A DNA stretch of 64,000 nt from an uncultured Verrucomicrobiae bacterium (GTDB lineage Bacteria > Verrucomicrobiota > Verrucomicrobiia > Limisphaerales > Palsa-1400). Below the pieces are notes generated by a model that searched no databases, was not told where the DNA came from, and worked only from the letters and a program-made list of their open reading frames with translations. The position numbers were made by a program, and so were the translations under genes. Position 1 is the stretch's first letter; each line of letters begins with the position of its first letter. Shown in pieces: positions 30,961 through 41,532 of this stretch. The stretch is taken from positions 1-64,000 of the forward strand of contig CAVPOM010000010.1 in the NCBI GenBank assembly GCA_963707025.1, read 5' to 3'.

Positions 30961-33677
30961 GTTTCGCGGGACTCGGCTTTGGGCTTTAGGCTCAAGCGCT
31001 GGACATCTGTGAGCACAACGCGGCCACGGCTGTTTGGTTCGAGAAAATAGCACGCGTCCACCTCGCCAACTGCGCTTGGCGCGGCGGTAATGGCGATGAA
31101 ACCAAGTTTTTTCGCCGTTTGCAGAACTGCACGACGATTTGTGGGATCGAGCTTTTCCACTTCGTCCAAAAAGAACGGGATGGCAACATCGTCTTTATGC
31201 AAAAGACTTTTTAGGACGAGCAGGTTGAACAGCACTTTGATGGTTACGGTCGTTCCATCTGATTCGACCTGGTGGAAGTCGGCATATTTCTTGGTCTTTC
31301 CGTCGGCCCTCGTAACGGTTACGCCAAGGGTGAACAGGTCGGCGATTCGCGTGATTGGGTTTCGCTCCATTTTCGTCCGCACGCGATCAAAAACCCGGTC
31401 AAGCGAAGTCGTGTCATCCATCAGGTTCAGCTCATCAATGGCAGCAAGGCGTTCGATTAACGAAACCTCGTCAGATTGACGTTCAACCGTAAGCTTGACT
31501 GCCTTCAAGTCTGAAACTTTCACATGAGCCAGTTCCCGGTTCAATTTGTCCTTGGCGCTTTCCACCAATCGCAAGTCGTGCAACACCGCGTCGAAATTGC
31601 TTTTCAGCCCGTGGATATGGCTGTTCCATCGGAGTTGCAGCGCTTCCTCGCGCTTTGGCAAAGCGTCGAGTTCTTGTTCCAGGGCGCGAATGGTTTCCGC
31701 TTCATTGTTGCTTTTGTAGCGGTCTGCAAAGACGCCGAGCCTTCCAAATGTCGAGTCCAACTGGCGGGTGAGTTCTGACTGCTTGTCGTAGTCGTGTAGA
31801 TAATAGGAAACGGCGCTGTCGAAATCGGTTGGGATTTCCGCGTCCGCTCTCGGACTGGCATTGAAGATGGCAATTTTTCTGTGACATTCGTCGTAGCGTT
31901 TCAAGACTTGCCGGTATTGGTTTTCAACATCCGCCTTTTGATTCCCGAATTTGATGAGGTTTTCGCGTTGGCTTTGTTGCGCAGTATCCAAATCTGCGAT
32001 TGTCTTACCTATTGCAACGATTGACGCTTCAAGTGCCGCAACCTTACCGCGCCATTCCTTTTCGCTGGCAAGGTCTCCCTGGAATTGCTTGTAGGCCGAC
32101 AATTTATCCGTTTGCGTCTGCTTGTCCGCCTTGAGCTTTTCAATTTTGCTCGTAAGTTCGTCGCGCTTCGTCACCGCCTCTAACAAGGCAGTCAGGCGCA
32201 CGACCTCTTTCTTTGCTCGATCCAATTCTTTTTCCAGCGTCTCGACGTTTTCAAATCTGGCCAACAAATCGGGCTGCGGTCCAAGGCGGATTGTCATGGA
32301 ATCATCCTGATAAACACCCTCTGAAACCCTTCCCGCAAGTTGTCTCAATCTGACGACAACGTCTTTTTGGTTTGTGAAAGTGATGCCATTGCGTCCAACC
32401 GGCAAACCCAGGAGGTCTGGATTCAAAACGCCGAACAATCGTGATATTTCCTCGTCGGTGAAGTGCTCGCGTAGGGATGTTACGGCCAGCCGGCTAAATT
32501 GCTGAATCGAAGCGCTAGTAGTTGTGACTTTGCTTTCGGCGGCGACAAGCTGGTTCCTGACCGAATCAACGGTTTCGTTAGAAGCCTCCTGCTGACGAGT
32601 GAGCAGACTGTTAAGCTGGCGCTCGATGTTTTCCAGACCGGCCTGTTCCAATGAAAACGAAAATGCCGAGTAGAACTTCTTGTGCTTATCCAAATCGTCC
32701 AGCTTTGCTTGGATTGGGGACTGCTCGCGCAGCAACTGTTTTTCTTCATCCCGCTTGGTTTTGAGGGAGGCCCTGGCTTTTGCTTCTGCGCCGGTCGCGC
32801 TCTGGATGTTCTCATCCAGGGCTGCGATTTGCTGTGAATGGCATTCATCAAACGCCTTTTTTCGCGCTTTCAGATTTTCCCACCGGTAGTTGATTTGACC
32901 CCACAGCACTTGGCGGTCATTGAAAACTTGGATCAATTGCTGCACTTCCTGTTGGTGGGACTTGAATTGTTTGAGATCGTCGCGCTCCCGCCTCAATTGC
33001 TCGTATTCTTCGCCGAGAATGCGACGCGCATCAACGGCAACATAATCGGTCGGTAAATCCGCCAGCATCAAAAGCCGTTCTCGCATCTGATCCTGCGTAA
33101 TGTTGGCGAGGTTGAGCAGATTTTTGAGCGTGTCGCGGAAGTCAGAGAATTTTTCCCCATCCTTTAGGGCGACAATTCCCAAGCCGTTGCTGCGTTGCCC
33201 CACACCGGATAACAGAACCGCGCGGTGTTCCGCCGGTTTATTGAGCAGTTGAAAATCCTTCTCGGCAAGCAACGCGCTGATTTCTTTGGGATGACGAATC
33301 CGCCCATCGTCACCGAGAAAATGCTCTCGCTGGAATGGGCCAAGGTAAAAGAATCGTTCGGGGTCTGCCCCGGATGTTTTGCTCGCTCCACGCCAGCCAA
33401 TCACGGCCAGTCCACGCAAAGTCTGACATTCAAAGAGCACATAGCTGTGCTCGCTGCTGAAGTAATAATCCAGTGTTTGGTCAAATGTGTAACCCTCAAA
33501 CGTCATGCGTGACCGCTCGTCAATGTAGAGGAATTGAAGGGTGTTGATCAGTGTCGTCTTGCCGGAATTGTTCGGCCCGACAATTTGAATCGCACCATCA
33601 AGCAAAACCTCGGCATACTCATACTTGCCTGCATTGATGAGGATGATTTTCTTGGGGCCGTTACGCATTGGCGTCAT
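30957..33677 (-). CDS. jetC: Wadjet SMC-like ATPase JetC/MksB
   Basis: Walker A GPNNSGKTT, long coiled coils, signature ESDGTT, Walker B FFLDEVEKLD. Confidence 0.9.
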   Translation of the reverse strand: MTPMRNGPKKIILINAGKYEYAEVLLDGAIQIVGPNNSGKTTLINTLQFLYIDERSRMTFEGYTFDQTLDYYFSSEHSYVLFECQTLRGLAVIGWRGASKTSGADPERFFYLGPFQREHFLGDDGRIRHPKEISALLAEKDFQLLNKPAEHRAVLLSGVGQRSNGLGIVALKDGEKFSDFRDTLKNLLNLANITQDQMRERLLMLADLPTDYVAVDARRILGEEYEQLRRERDDLKQFKSHQQEVQQLIQVFNDRQVLWGQINYRWENLKARKKAFDECHSQQIAALDENIQSATGAEAKARASLKTKRDEEKQLLREQSPIQAKLDDLDKHKKFYSAFSFSLEQAGLENIERQLNSLLTRQQEASNETVDSVRNQLVAAESKVTTTSASIQQFSRLAVTSLREHFTDEEISRLFGVLNPDLLGLPVGRNGITFTNQKDVVVRLRQLAGRVSEGVYQDDSMTIRLGPQPDLLARFENVETLEKELDRAKKEVVRLTALLEAVTKRDELTSKIEKLKADKQTQTDKLSAYKQFQGDLASEKEWRGKVAALEASIVAIGKTIADLDTAQQSQRENLIKFGNQKADVENQYRQVLKRYDECHRKIAIFNASPRADAEIPTDFDSAVSYYLHDYDKQSELTRQLDSTFGRLGVFADRYKSNNEAETIRALEQELDALPKREEALQLRWNSHIHGLKSNFDAVLHDLRLVESAKDKLNRELAHVKVSDLKAVKLTVERQSDEVSLIERLAAIDELNLMDDTTSLDRVFDRVRTKMERNPITRIADLFTLGVTVTRADGKTKKYADFHQVESDGTTVTIKVLFNLLVLKSLLHKDDVAIPFFLDEVEKLDPTNRRAVLQTAKKLGFIAITAAPSAVGEVDACYFLEPNSRGRVVLTDVQRLSLKPKAESRET

Positions 33678-34257
33678 CCTCGCTTTCCTTTGCCGGATTC
33701 AGACCTAAATTTTGAACGGGGCTTATTTCGCTTGCGGCTTTTCCAGATTGTTCGGCCAGTTCGAGGCATTTGCTCAACATCCGGTGAAACGGTCGTAAAA
33801 ACCGGAACTCATCTTCGGCAACCCATTTTGCCCAGCCCACATTCTTGAGGTAATGAATGACCTCCCGTAATCCGGCGTAATCGGTGATTCCGACTTGTTC
33901 GAGCCTTGCACGGTAGCTGTCCAGAGTGAAGTGAGGAAGCCCGCGAAGCGTGAAAGTTTCCGAAAAAAGCGTTGGCTCGACCGGTAATCCGCGATTGGCA
34001 ATGTGATCAATCAAAATAAATGAAAACACCGCGATTTTTGCCAGACGCGGGGAAGCAGTATCCTCTGCTTCGGGTTCAAAATAGAAAAAGTCGTGCTCGT
34101 GTTTGTGCAGCGTAAAACCAAGTCCAGCGAAATAATCGGCGTAATCGTCATAACGCTCACCGTTAAGCGCGGCGTAAATCGCGTCGTCCTCCGGCGAAAT
34201 GTGGTAGCCATTTTTCAGTTTTTCAAAGATTTCCCGAAGCTGATCTGGATAATTCAT
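33661..34257 (-). CDS. jetB: Wadjet KITE subunit JetB/MksE
   Basis: IFEKLKNGYHIS...YFAGLGFTL...FFYF...FLRPFHR; size and position fit. Confidence 0.82.
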   Translation of the reverse strand: MNYPDQLREIFEKLKNGYHISPEDDAIYAALNGERYDDYADYFAGLGFTLHKHEHDFFYFEPEAEDTASPRLAKIAVFSFILIDHIANRGLPVEPTLFSETFTLRGLPHFTLDSYRARLEQVGITDYAGLREVIHYLKNVGWAKWVAEDEFRFLRPFHRMLSKCLELAEQSGKAASEISPVQNLGLNPAKESEDDANA

Positions 34258-35552
34258 TTTGAGATGGCTTCCAATCGCACAGGTTGAGCGCAAATCACAT
34301 GATGGGCTGTTTCGTAATCATGTATTTTTGCAGGCGTGAAACGGGCGCGGAAATGCTCGTAGAAAAACAGTGTTGAAAAGCCTGCCAATAGCTGCGGCGT
34401 GTCGAATTCGGGGTAGCGGGTTGTGAGCCAATCAAGCAGGTCGCTGACTGGAAGGTCTTTGGCAATTTCGTCCGGCAAGGTATTGAGCCAACGACGATGC
34501 TCCAATGCCGCAGAGGTTTTTCCGTCATGGCCAAAAGAGATTGCCGGTGGCGGGACGGGAGGATTATTTAACAAGCGCTCAATCGCGCCAATAATTGCTT
34601 TGTCGCTGAAAGCCCCTTGGTGCCGGAGCGTGAAAATCCCGACAACTGATTGTTGCATCCATTCCTCGAAATTGCCTAGCCGAAGACGATCCAACGCGTA
34701 AGCCGCGCCGGTGGCGAGATTGCTCGAACGGGCAAGGGATTGGTAGAGAGGGGAGATTTCTTTGCCGGATTGCTCAAAGACGTTAAGGGCGTGTCGCCTT
34801 GCAAGCCGGAGCAAGCGCAGATTTCTTTCCACCGTGCCGACCGAAATCACCAGGAGATTTACGCTGGCGTGTTCCAGCACCTCTTCGACTTCGGCAAACG
34901 TCGCTTGCATCGCTCCGTTAACGCGGATTACGTCAATCATCGGCGCGATGTATTGCTGCATCCACCAGACGATGCGCTGGTATTTTTCTCGGACTGATGC
35001 CGGCCGCTTGTCGGTTTTGAAACGCGCAACTTCGCCAAGCACGCTGACATGCGTAGCAGCCACGTCGTCGTGCAAGCGTCGCAGCGTTTGGGTGATGTCA
35101 CCCAGCGCCAAGTCGGCGATTGTCGGGTCGTCTGCGTTCAGCGCGCCGCGTAGTGTCTGTGCGAGTTTTTGAAGTTCATTGACGTAGCTCTGGACGGTTT
35201 CCGCCGACGCCGGTTTTGCTTCCTCCAACAAATAGCGAAGAATTCCCCGCACGGGTTCGGCCATCAGGAAATACTGCTCGGATTGATCTGCCGAAACGAG
35301 GATGCGGAGTTCCTTGAGACGTTTGACCAAGAAAGCAGGCTGCTCCTCCACGTCCGCTGCGTGGATTTTTGCGATTTCGTCAATTTCTGATTCAGAGAGG
35401 TCAGTTCCACTGGCCCGCTGCTCCAGTTCGCGCAACAAGCTCACATGCTTGGCGCAGAACTGAAAAAATTCTTTTGGTGGAACAATCACAAGTTTCCAAA
35501 ATGTTCGATCAATTCTAGCGAATGGCCTTGGACAAATACAGTCCAACCTCAA
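34254..35552 (-). CDS. jetA: Wadjet kleisin JetA/MksF
   Basis: ~420-aa helical protein first in a four-gene overlapping operon (YIAPMIDVI); exact start uncertain. Confidence 0.8.
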   Translation of the reverse strand: MRLDCICPRPFARIDRTFWKLVIVPPKEFFQFCAKHVSLLRELEQRASGTDLSESEIDEIAKIHAADVEEQPAFLVKRLKELRILVSADQSEQYFLMAEPVRGILRYLLEEAKPASAETVQSYVNELQKLAQTLRGALNADDPTIADLALGDITQTLRRLHDDVAATHVSVLGEVARFKTDKRPASVREKYQRIVWWMQQYIAPMIDVIRVNGAMQATFAEVEEVLEHASVNLLVISVGTVERNLRLLRLARRHALNVFEQSGKEISPLYQSLARSSNLATGAAYALDRLRLGNFEEWMQQSVVGIFTLRHQGAFSDKAIIGAIERLLNNPPVPPPAISFGHDGKTSAALEHRRWLNTLPDEIAKDLPVSDLLDWLTTRYPEFDTPQLLAGFSTLFFYEHFRARFTPAKIHDYETAHHVICAQPVRLEAISK

Positions 35553-35583
35553 ATCACAAAAACAGGCGGTTTGAAAACAAAAC

Positions 35584-35829
35584 GCTTCGGTCTGCGGTCG
35601 GCGAGCGGGGAAAGTGGAGCGGAGGGCGGAGAGGAGCGTTTAGCGCATCGCAGCCGGAGCGGAACGTCCCGCCGCCGAGCCACAGACGGAAGCACGCCGC
35701 CCTCGCGGCCCATTGCGAATGCCAGCTCGTGACGAGCGCGCGGTTTGCGGAGTGGAACGGGCGTGGTCGAGAGGGGGGAAGGGGCGGCCGGCAGCCCGTG
35801 GAGCGAAGCAGAACCGCGCGTTGGTCACG
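35584..35829. repeat. ~245-bp double-hairpin dispersed repeat, copy 2
   Basis: Same orientation and arm sequences as copy 1. Confidence 0.9.
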
Positions 35830-35862
35830 AGCGATGAAACCAGCGTGCTTAAACACCCATGC

Positions 35863-37464
35863 TTATTCCTTGGCTCTCCTTTGGGTGTTAAAACGGTGCG
35901 CGGTGTCTTTCCAGAGGTCCAGCAGATCGGTGATGGGCGTGGTGAAGACTCGCTGAACGCGGGGCAGGACATCTTCGGACGGGATGAGTTCGGCGGCTAT
36001 GCGCTTGTCCTGCGGTTCGTCAATCTCGGCAACGAGCACACCGCTGCCGCTTTTTTCGTAGAAGTCCGAGCGATTCTTTTTGGATTCCGGACTGATGAAA
36101 GTATCGTGCAAAGGATGCTGGGACACGCGCTTGCCCACTTTGGCGTCGGCTTCGGAATAGGGCAGGACGCGGGCTTGGTCGGGGCGGACCTGGAGAACTT
36201 GCTCGAAGAACTTGAGAATACTTCCCATGGTATCCGGTGGCGCGTAATAGCCGGGCGCTTCCTCCATTCGAGCGGCTTCTTTGCTCTTGGCGACCGCGAA
36301 GGTTTCCCGCTCCCAAGCGAAGCGGGCGTCTGCGGGAGTGCGATTGTTTGCCGGAAAAACCACTGCTTCGGTCTGCAAATATATCTGATAAAGCGGGTCC
36401 ACCGTTCCATCCACCTGAACGGATTGGTTGCGGGCCGTGGGGAATTCAAAATCGAAGACGTCGGCGTTGCGCCCGGACCAAGTTGTAACTGATGAAGCGC
36501 TGGCACGACGGCCCTGCTGCATCGCGGTCAGCTTGGTCTCGTCGAAGATGATGGCCCGGAAGCCCTCCATGGGCGAGGGAGCGGAATTATTGCCCGCCAG
36601 TTCGGAATTCGGGCCAGCCACACTGGAGGTTCTCCGGCACTTCAGGATGACGGGCTGGTCAGCGGCAGCAAGGCTGGCACGTGAATCCCAGACGAGGACC
36701 AGCGCCTCATTGGTGTCGTAAACTTGCCGGCCTTCGCGCTCATCAAGTGCCTGCATGTAAATCCCGGCATTTTGCAAATTCAGCCAATCGGAGGGTTGCG
36801 GCGGTGTTTTGCAGACTGCCAGGAGGACGGTGATTTCCTTCACGGGCGAGTCTGGAGCGCGTTTGCACACCTTCTGAACCCACTGCTGGAATGCTGGTTC
36901 TGAGGCCGGAGTGGCGGGATAACACGCGGGGGAATTCCAAGCGTCCAAAAGATGGCGATTCACCTCGGCGGGCAGGGAATTCCCGATGCCATCAAGGTGC
37001 TCCGGTTCAAAATCGAATTCGAGCCGTAACGACGCTTCCGCGTTACGAGGGCTGGAAGGCCCGAGCGCGCGGCCCGTCCAGTTGTGGGAGCCGATGTAAA
37101 CCACCGACTTCCGCTCGCGTTCGAGATAGAGGTAAACCAGTTTGGAGTGAAAGAGGGAGATGGCCGGTTCGTCGTCGGGCTTGATCACAGGATCCATGAA
37201 GTATTTGAGGCGAACCGGTGTGCTGGCGCCGAGTTCCAGTTGCAGGTTAAGCAACGGTTCGTAGCTGCAAGCGCAGGAGATACTGCCGACGCCAAATGAG
37301 CGCGGATCGCGCAGCACCTTATGGAACAGCGGGCGATTGATGGTGTTCAGTCCCTCTTGGGAAATGTAGGCGACCATGAAGCGGCACACCGTGGCCTTGG
37401 CCATGTCCTGCCGGAGCAAGTTGCGGTATTCGAGTGAAACCAGTTCTTTGCTGAGCAGTTTCAT
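35863..37464 (-). CDS. PLD-superfamily nuclease-domain protein
   Basis: MVAYIS, FHSKLVY, YIGSHNWT and NAEAS in the N-terminal ~170 aa; the C-terminal part is unassigned. Confidence 0.75.
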   Translation of the reverse strand: MKLLSKELVSLEYRNLLRQDMAKATVCRFMVAYISQEGLNTINRPLFHKVLRDPRSFGVGSISCACSYEPLLNLQLELGASTPVRLKYFMDPVIKPDDEPAISLFHSKLVYLYLERERKSVVYIGSHNWTGRALGPSSPRNAEASLRLEFDFEPEHLDGIGNSLPAEVNRHLLDAWNSPACYPATPASEPAFQQWVQKVCKRAPDSPVKEITVLLAVCKTPPQPSDWLNLQNAGIYMQALDEREGRQVYDTNEALVLVWDSRASLAAADQPVILKCRRTSSVAGPNSELAGNNSAPSPMEGFRAIIFDETKLTAMQQGRRASASSVTTWSGRNADVFDFEFPTARNQSVQVDGTVDPLYQIYLQTEAVVFPANNRTPADARFAWERETFAVAKSKEAARMEEAPGYYAPPDTMGSILKFFEQVLQVRPDQARVLPYSEADAKVGKRVSQHPLHDTFISPESKKNRSDFYEKSGSGVLVAEIDEPQDKRIAAELIPSEDVLPRVQRVFTTPITDLLDLWKDTAHRFNTQRRAKE

Positions 37465-37466
37465 GG

Positions 37467-40466
37467 TCAGGCCGCGACATCCTTGTAAGTGGACGTGAAG
37501 ATGGTGTCACTGAGCCACTTCTTGAACTGCGGATTTTCCATGAACTGTTTGAACAATTCCGTGTGGTCGTTCAGCAGGTCAACGATGACGCGCTCAAGAA
37601 CCTTGTCGTGTTCGATACGCGCGTTCTGTTTGTCGGAGTTCTTGCGCGCGTTCTGATACGCCTTGTCGGCGTCCACCTTTGCCGGGATTTCCTCGGTGAT
37701 GACTTGCCGAATCTTGTCGGCGTCCTTCCAATCAATGTTCCCGAACAGGTCGTTGAACTGGCGCAAGATACTGCTGAGGCGTTCCAACTCCGGTTCGGGT
37801 TTCGTGCCGCCCGCGCTGGTGGGCACTGGGCCAACCTTGCCGTCCTCGTCCGGCAGAGCGATGGCCATTTGCGCCTTCACTTCGACGCGGTAGCTGTCCA
37901 TGTCAATCGTTTCCAGGATTCCCTTGGACAGGTCGTCCTCCTTGGGCGCAGGCAACTTCGGGATGAGGAAATTCAGGAAGATGGACAGCTTTTCCCATTC
38001 GGCAATCGTGTAGGGCAACACCGTGGCGAGGAAACTGTAGGTGCGGACAAAAATCTTGGCGTTACTCTTGAACTCCACCTGCGCGTCTTCGTCGAGCTGA
38101 TCTTTGTAAACCGCCACGCAGGCGTCGAGGATGGGGTCGAGTTTGTCGCGATCCGCGCCGCCCAGATACAACTGCACGAAAGTTTCCACGTCCGGCCAGG
38201 CATAGACCTGCCGCGCGTCGAGCGCCGATTTCAGGTCGTGGATTTTGTTCGGGTCAGTCGCTTCGCTGAGAATGGTCGTGCGGTAATAAGGCTCGAACGC
38301 TTCCTGAATCGTGTCCGCGTCATTGACGAAATCGAGGACGAACGTGTCGTGCTTCAACGGATGGGCGCGATTGAGCCGCGATAGCGTTTGCACCGCCCTG
38401 CCGCCGGAAAGGATTTTATCCACATACATCGTGTGGAGGAGCGGTTCGTCATAACCGGTCTGGAACTTGTCCGCGACGATGAGGAAACGGTATGGGTCTT
38501 CCTGAATCAGTTCCTCAATCTGCGAACTGGGAAAACCGTTCATTGCCGCCTCGTCCATCAGCTTGCCGCCGACTTCGTGCTCGCCGGAATAGGCCACGAT
38601 GGCTTTGTAGGGGCTTTTGCGTTCGGCGAGGTAGGCGTCGAACGCCTGTTTGTATTGGATGGCCCGTGCAATGCCGCTCGTGACGATCATGGCCCGCGCC
38701 TGACCACCCAGCTTTTTCCGGGCGAGCACTTCCTCGTGGAAGTGGTCAATCATGATCTCGGCCTTGCTGCGGATGGCGTGGTCGTGGGATTCGACGTAGC
38801 GGCGGAGCTTCTTCTGTGCCCGCTTCACGTCAAACTCCGGGTCTTCCTCCACCTTTTTGACGAGCCGGTAATAACTCGATACCGGCGTATAGTGCGCCAA
38901 CACGTCCAGGATGAAGCCTTCCTGAATGGCCTGCTTCATCGTGTAGCAGTGGAACGGGTGAAATGAACCGTCCGGCTGCTGTTCGCCGAACAACTCCAGC
39001 GTCTTGTTTTTCGGTGTGGCGGTGAAGGCGAAGTAACTGGCGTTGGGCAGTAACTTCCGCGATTCCATGATCCGGTTGACCTTGTCTTCGTAGGTCTCTT
39101 CTTCTTCCGCTTCGCCGTCCTTGGATAACGCCGCGTGCATTTTTGCCATGGTGCGTCCGCCCTGGCTGGAGTGCGCCTCGTCAATGATGATGGCGAACTT
39201 GCGCTCGCGATGTTCCGAACCAATTTCGTCCAGGATGAACGGGAACTTCTGAATCGTGGTGATGATGATTTTCTTGCCGCCCTCGATGAACTTCCGCAAA
39301 TCGCCGGAGTGCATGGCCGCGCCCACAACCGCCGACACCTGCGCGAACTGCCGGATGTTTTCGCGAATCTGTTTGTCCAGCACGCGGCGGTCGGTCACGA
39401 CGATGATTGAATCGAACATCGCCAAGTCCGCCGTCTTCAACTCGACGAGTTGATGACCGAGCCACGAGATGGAATTGCTCTTGCCCGAACCGGCGGAATG
39501 TTCGACCAGATACCGATGGCCAACGCCGTTCGAGGTCGCGTGAGCAAGCAACCCGCGCACGAGGTCAAGCTGGTGATAGCGCGGGAAAATCTGTTTCCGC
39601 TTCTTGCGGCCCTTGCGGTCCGCTTCCTCCACGATCTGCGCGTAATTCTCAATGATGTTTGTGAGGCTGAGCGGCTGGAGCGTCTCCTTCCATAAATAAT
39701 CCGTCGCCAGCCCGGCCGGGTTGGGCGGATTGCCCGCGCCGTCGTTCCAGCCTTTGTTGAACGGAAGAAACCAGCTTTTCCCGTTTTTCAATTCCGTGCA
39801 CATCCAGACCTCGTGGTCGTCCACGGCGAAATGCACCATGCACCGGCCAAACTGGAATAGCAGTTCCTTGGAACTGCGGTCGCGCTTGTATTGATTGATG
39901 GCGTCCTCGACCGTTTGCTTGGTTAGCTTGTTTTTCAGCTCGAACGTGGCGACCGGCAGGCCGTTGATGAACAGGCAAAGGTCGAGCGCGAGTTGCGTGT
40001 TGTCTTTGCTGTAACGCAACTGGCGCGTGACGCTGAAAATGTTCGCTCCGTGCAACGCCGCCGCCTTCGCGTTGCCGGGGGTGGGCGTGCCATAGAACAA
40101 ATCCACATGCACCGGCCCGTGCTTGATGCCTTTGCGGAGCACGTCCACGACACCACGCTTGGCAATCTCGCCCTGCAAACGGTCCAGGAACTGGTGACGC
40201 GACGGACCTTCCGCCGCCAGATTCAATTCCGTGACGAGCTTGGGCTGGGTGGTTTCGAGGAAATTGAGGAGCTTGGCGGTGTCCACCGCGTGGTCGCGGT
40301 CGTAATCCTGCCAGTTGCCGGCGACGTAATGCGGCGGCGTGGTTGCGCCGGGCAACGGTTTGTCCTGTAGGGCCGACGGCCCGGGGGCAGGAGCGCCCGC
40401 CGGACCGACGAGGCTGGCGACGATCAGGCTTTCGAGGCCTTTCTCGCTGGTGTCGGTGGCTGGCAT
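37467..40466 (-). CDS. hsdR: Type I restriction enzyme subunit R
   Basis: DLCLFINGLP...ELKN nuclease motif, HSAGSGKS, DEAH, FTATP, TGYDEP, QTLSRLNR. Confidence 0.96.
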   Translation of the reverse strand: MPATDTSEKGLESLIVASLVGPAGAPAPGPSALQDKPLPGATTPPHYVAGNWQDYDRDHAVDTAKLLNFLETTQPKLVTELNLAAEGPSRHQFLDRLQGEIAKRGVVDVLRKGIKHGPVHVDLFYGTPTPGNAKAAALHGANIFSVTRQLRYSKDNTQLALDLCLFINGLPVATFELKNKLTKQTVEDAINQYKRDRSSKELLFQFGRCMVHFAVDDHEVWMCTELKNGKSWFLPFNKGWNDGAGNPPNPAGLATDYLWKETLQPLSLTNIIENYAQIVEEADRKGRKKRKQIFPRYHQLDLVRGLLAHATSNGVGHRYLVEHSAGSGKSNSISWLGHQLVELKTADLAMFDSIIVVTDRRVLDKQIRENIRQFAQVSAVVGAAMHSGDLRKFIEGGKKIIITTIQKFPFILDEIGSEHRERKFAIIIDEAHSSQGGRTMAKMHAALSKDGEAEEEETYEDKVNRIMESRKLLPNASYFAFTATPKNKTLELFGEQQPDGSFHPFHCYTMKQAIQEGFILDVLAHYTPVSSYYRLVKKVEEDPEFDVKRAQKKLRRYVESHDHAIRSKAEIMIDHFHEEVLARKKLGGQARAMIVTSGIARAIQYKQAFDAYLAERKSPYKAIVAYSGEHEVGGKLMDEAAMNGFPSSQIEELIQEDPYRFLIVADKFQTGYDEPLLHTMYVDKILSGGRAVQTLSRLNRAHPLKHDTFVLDFVNDADTIQEAFEPYYRTTILSEATDPNKIHDLKSALDARQVYAWPDVETFVQLYLGGADRDKLDPILDACVAVYKDQLDEDAQVEFKSNAKIFVRTYSFLATVLPYTIAEWEKLSIFLNFLIPKLPAPKEDDLSKGILETIDMDSYRVEVKAQMAIALPDEDGKVGPVPTSAGGTKPEPELERLSSILRQFNDLFGNIDWKDADKIRQVITEEIPAKVDADKAYQNARKNSDKQNARIEHDKVLERVIVDLLNDHTELFKQFMENPQFKKWLSDTIFTSTYKDVAA

Positions 40467-40484
40467 AGATTTAGTCCAAAAAGA

Positions 40485-41510
40485 TTATTCAGGCTGAGGG
40501 TTCACTTCACGCTCAATATCAATTCGCGTATCAGCGAAAATTGGTTCGGTGTCTGGCACGCAGTCGTTGTGATACTGCATGAGCCAACGATATTTGGCTT
40601 TCACTTGCGGCTCGGTCGCCGCGTGGTAAGCGGCGAGCACTGATCTTTTATGCAGGCCGAGAAACCACGCCCCGTTTTTCACGTCGCGTTGATATAGCAG
40701 GTGCGATTTATCTTCATCCTGGGCTTTGATATAGGCTTCGCGGTCTTCCTTGTAAATCCAGCCATGATCTTCATCGCGGGTGATGGGGAGATAATTGAGC
40801 ATGAAAAGTTCCTGAGCCGGAGCATTGGGTGACTGGAAGGGGCGGAAATAGCGCGCAAAAGTGTCGTCTTCGACCGAGTGGCGGCCTCTGCCACGAGCCG
40901 TGGTAAGAAAATCCTTGGTGGCGGGGTCAATCAGGATTACCGGATGGACAGCCAGCTTGCTTTCTAGGCGATACGCCGTGACGAGTGGGGGACTGAGCAA
41001 AATATCATCTTCAAAAAAGAACGTGCCCCGGCTGATACCGCCGCGCAGAAAAATGCCTTTCACCGCGCAACGGGCTTGAACCAGCATCATCCGCCAAATT
41101 TCCTGCATGAAGAAATCAAACTGCCCCATGTGGCGCGCCCCGCTGCAATCGTCGGTGACAGCAATCACGACCCCATCCGATAAGGCAATCACCCGTTTGC
41201 CGTAATCCTCATTGAGTGCGGCCTGGTCTTCCGTATCTTCAACGGCGGATGGTTTCTCAAACTCCTGCTGCACGAAAAGCAGTTTTTCGTAAACACGAGT
41301 GAGCGCCTCCGGCGTCGTGGCATTAGCAATATCTTCGCTGAAACCGAGGATGTCCACAAAGGCGACCAAGTGATGATTTGGCGTTGGAAGAGTTCTAGGG
41401 CGCGGCGTAGGCGCTGGCGGACGCGGCTGGTTCAAGGCCTCAGCTATGGCGGTGCGAAGTTCGTCACTTGATTCTTCGGGCGGCTCTGGATTGCCGGCGT
41501 TTTCGCTCAT
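40485..41510 (-). CDS. Class III nucleotide cyclase-like protein
   Basis: VAFVDILGFS, LSDGVVI, LRGGISRG, LVTAYRLES, PVILID. Confidence 0.65.
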   Translation of the reverse strand: MSENAGNPEPPEESSDELRTAIAEALNQPRPPAPTPRPRTLPTPNHHLVAFVDILGFSEDIANATTPEALTRVYEKLLFVQQEFEKPSAVEDTEDQAALNEDYGKRVIALSDGVVIAVTDDCSGARHMGQFDFFMQEIWRMMLVQARCAVKGIFLRGGISRGTFFFEDDILLSPPLVTAYRLESKLAVHPVILIDPATKDFLTTARGRGRHSVEDDTFARYFRPFQSPNAPAQELFMLNYLPITRDEDHGWIYKEDREAYIKAQDEDKSHLLYQRDVKNGAWFLGLHKRSVLAAYHAATEPQVKAKYRWLMQYHNDCVPDTEPIFADTRIDIEREVNPQPE

Positions 41511-41532
41511 GATCAAGTTATTTTAATGCAGT

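Noticed and set aside
35522..35972. Small ORFs over the repeat copies (also 29831-30206, 51235-51707)
   Set aside because: Frames and starts are not conserved between copies while base pairing is, so the element is non-coding.
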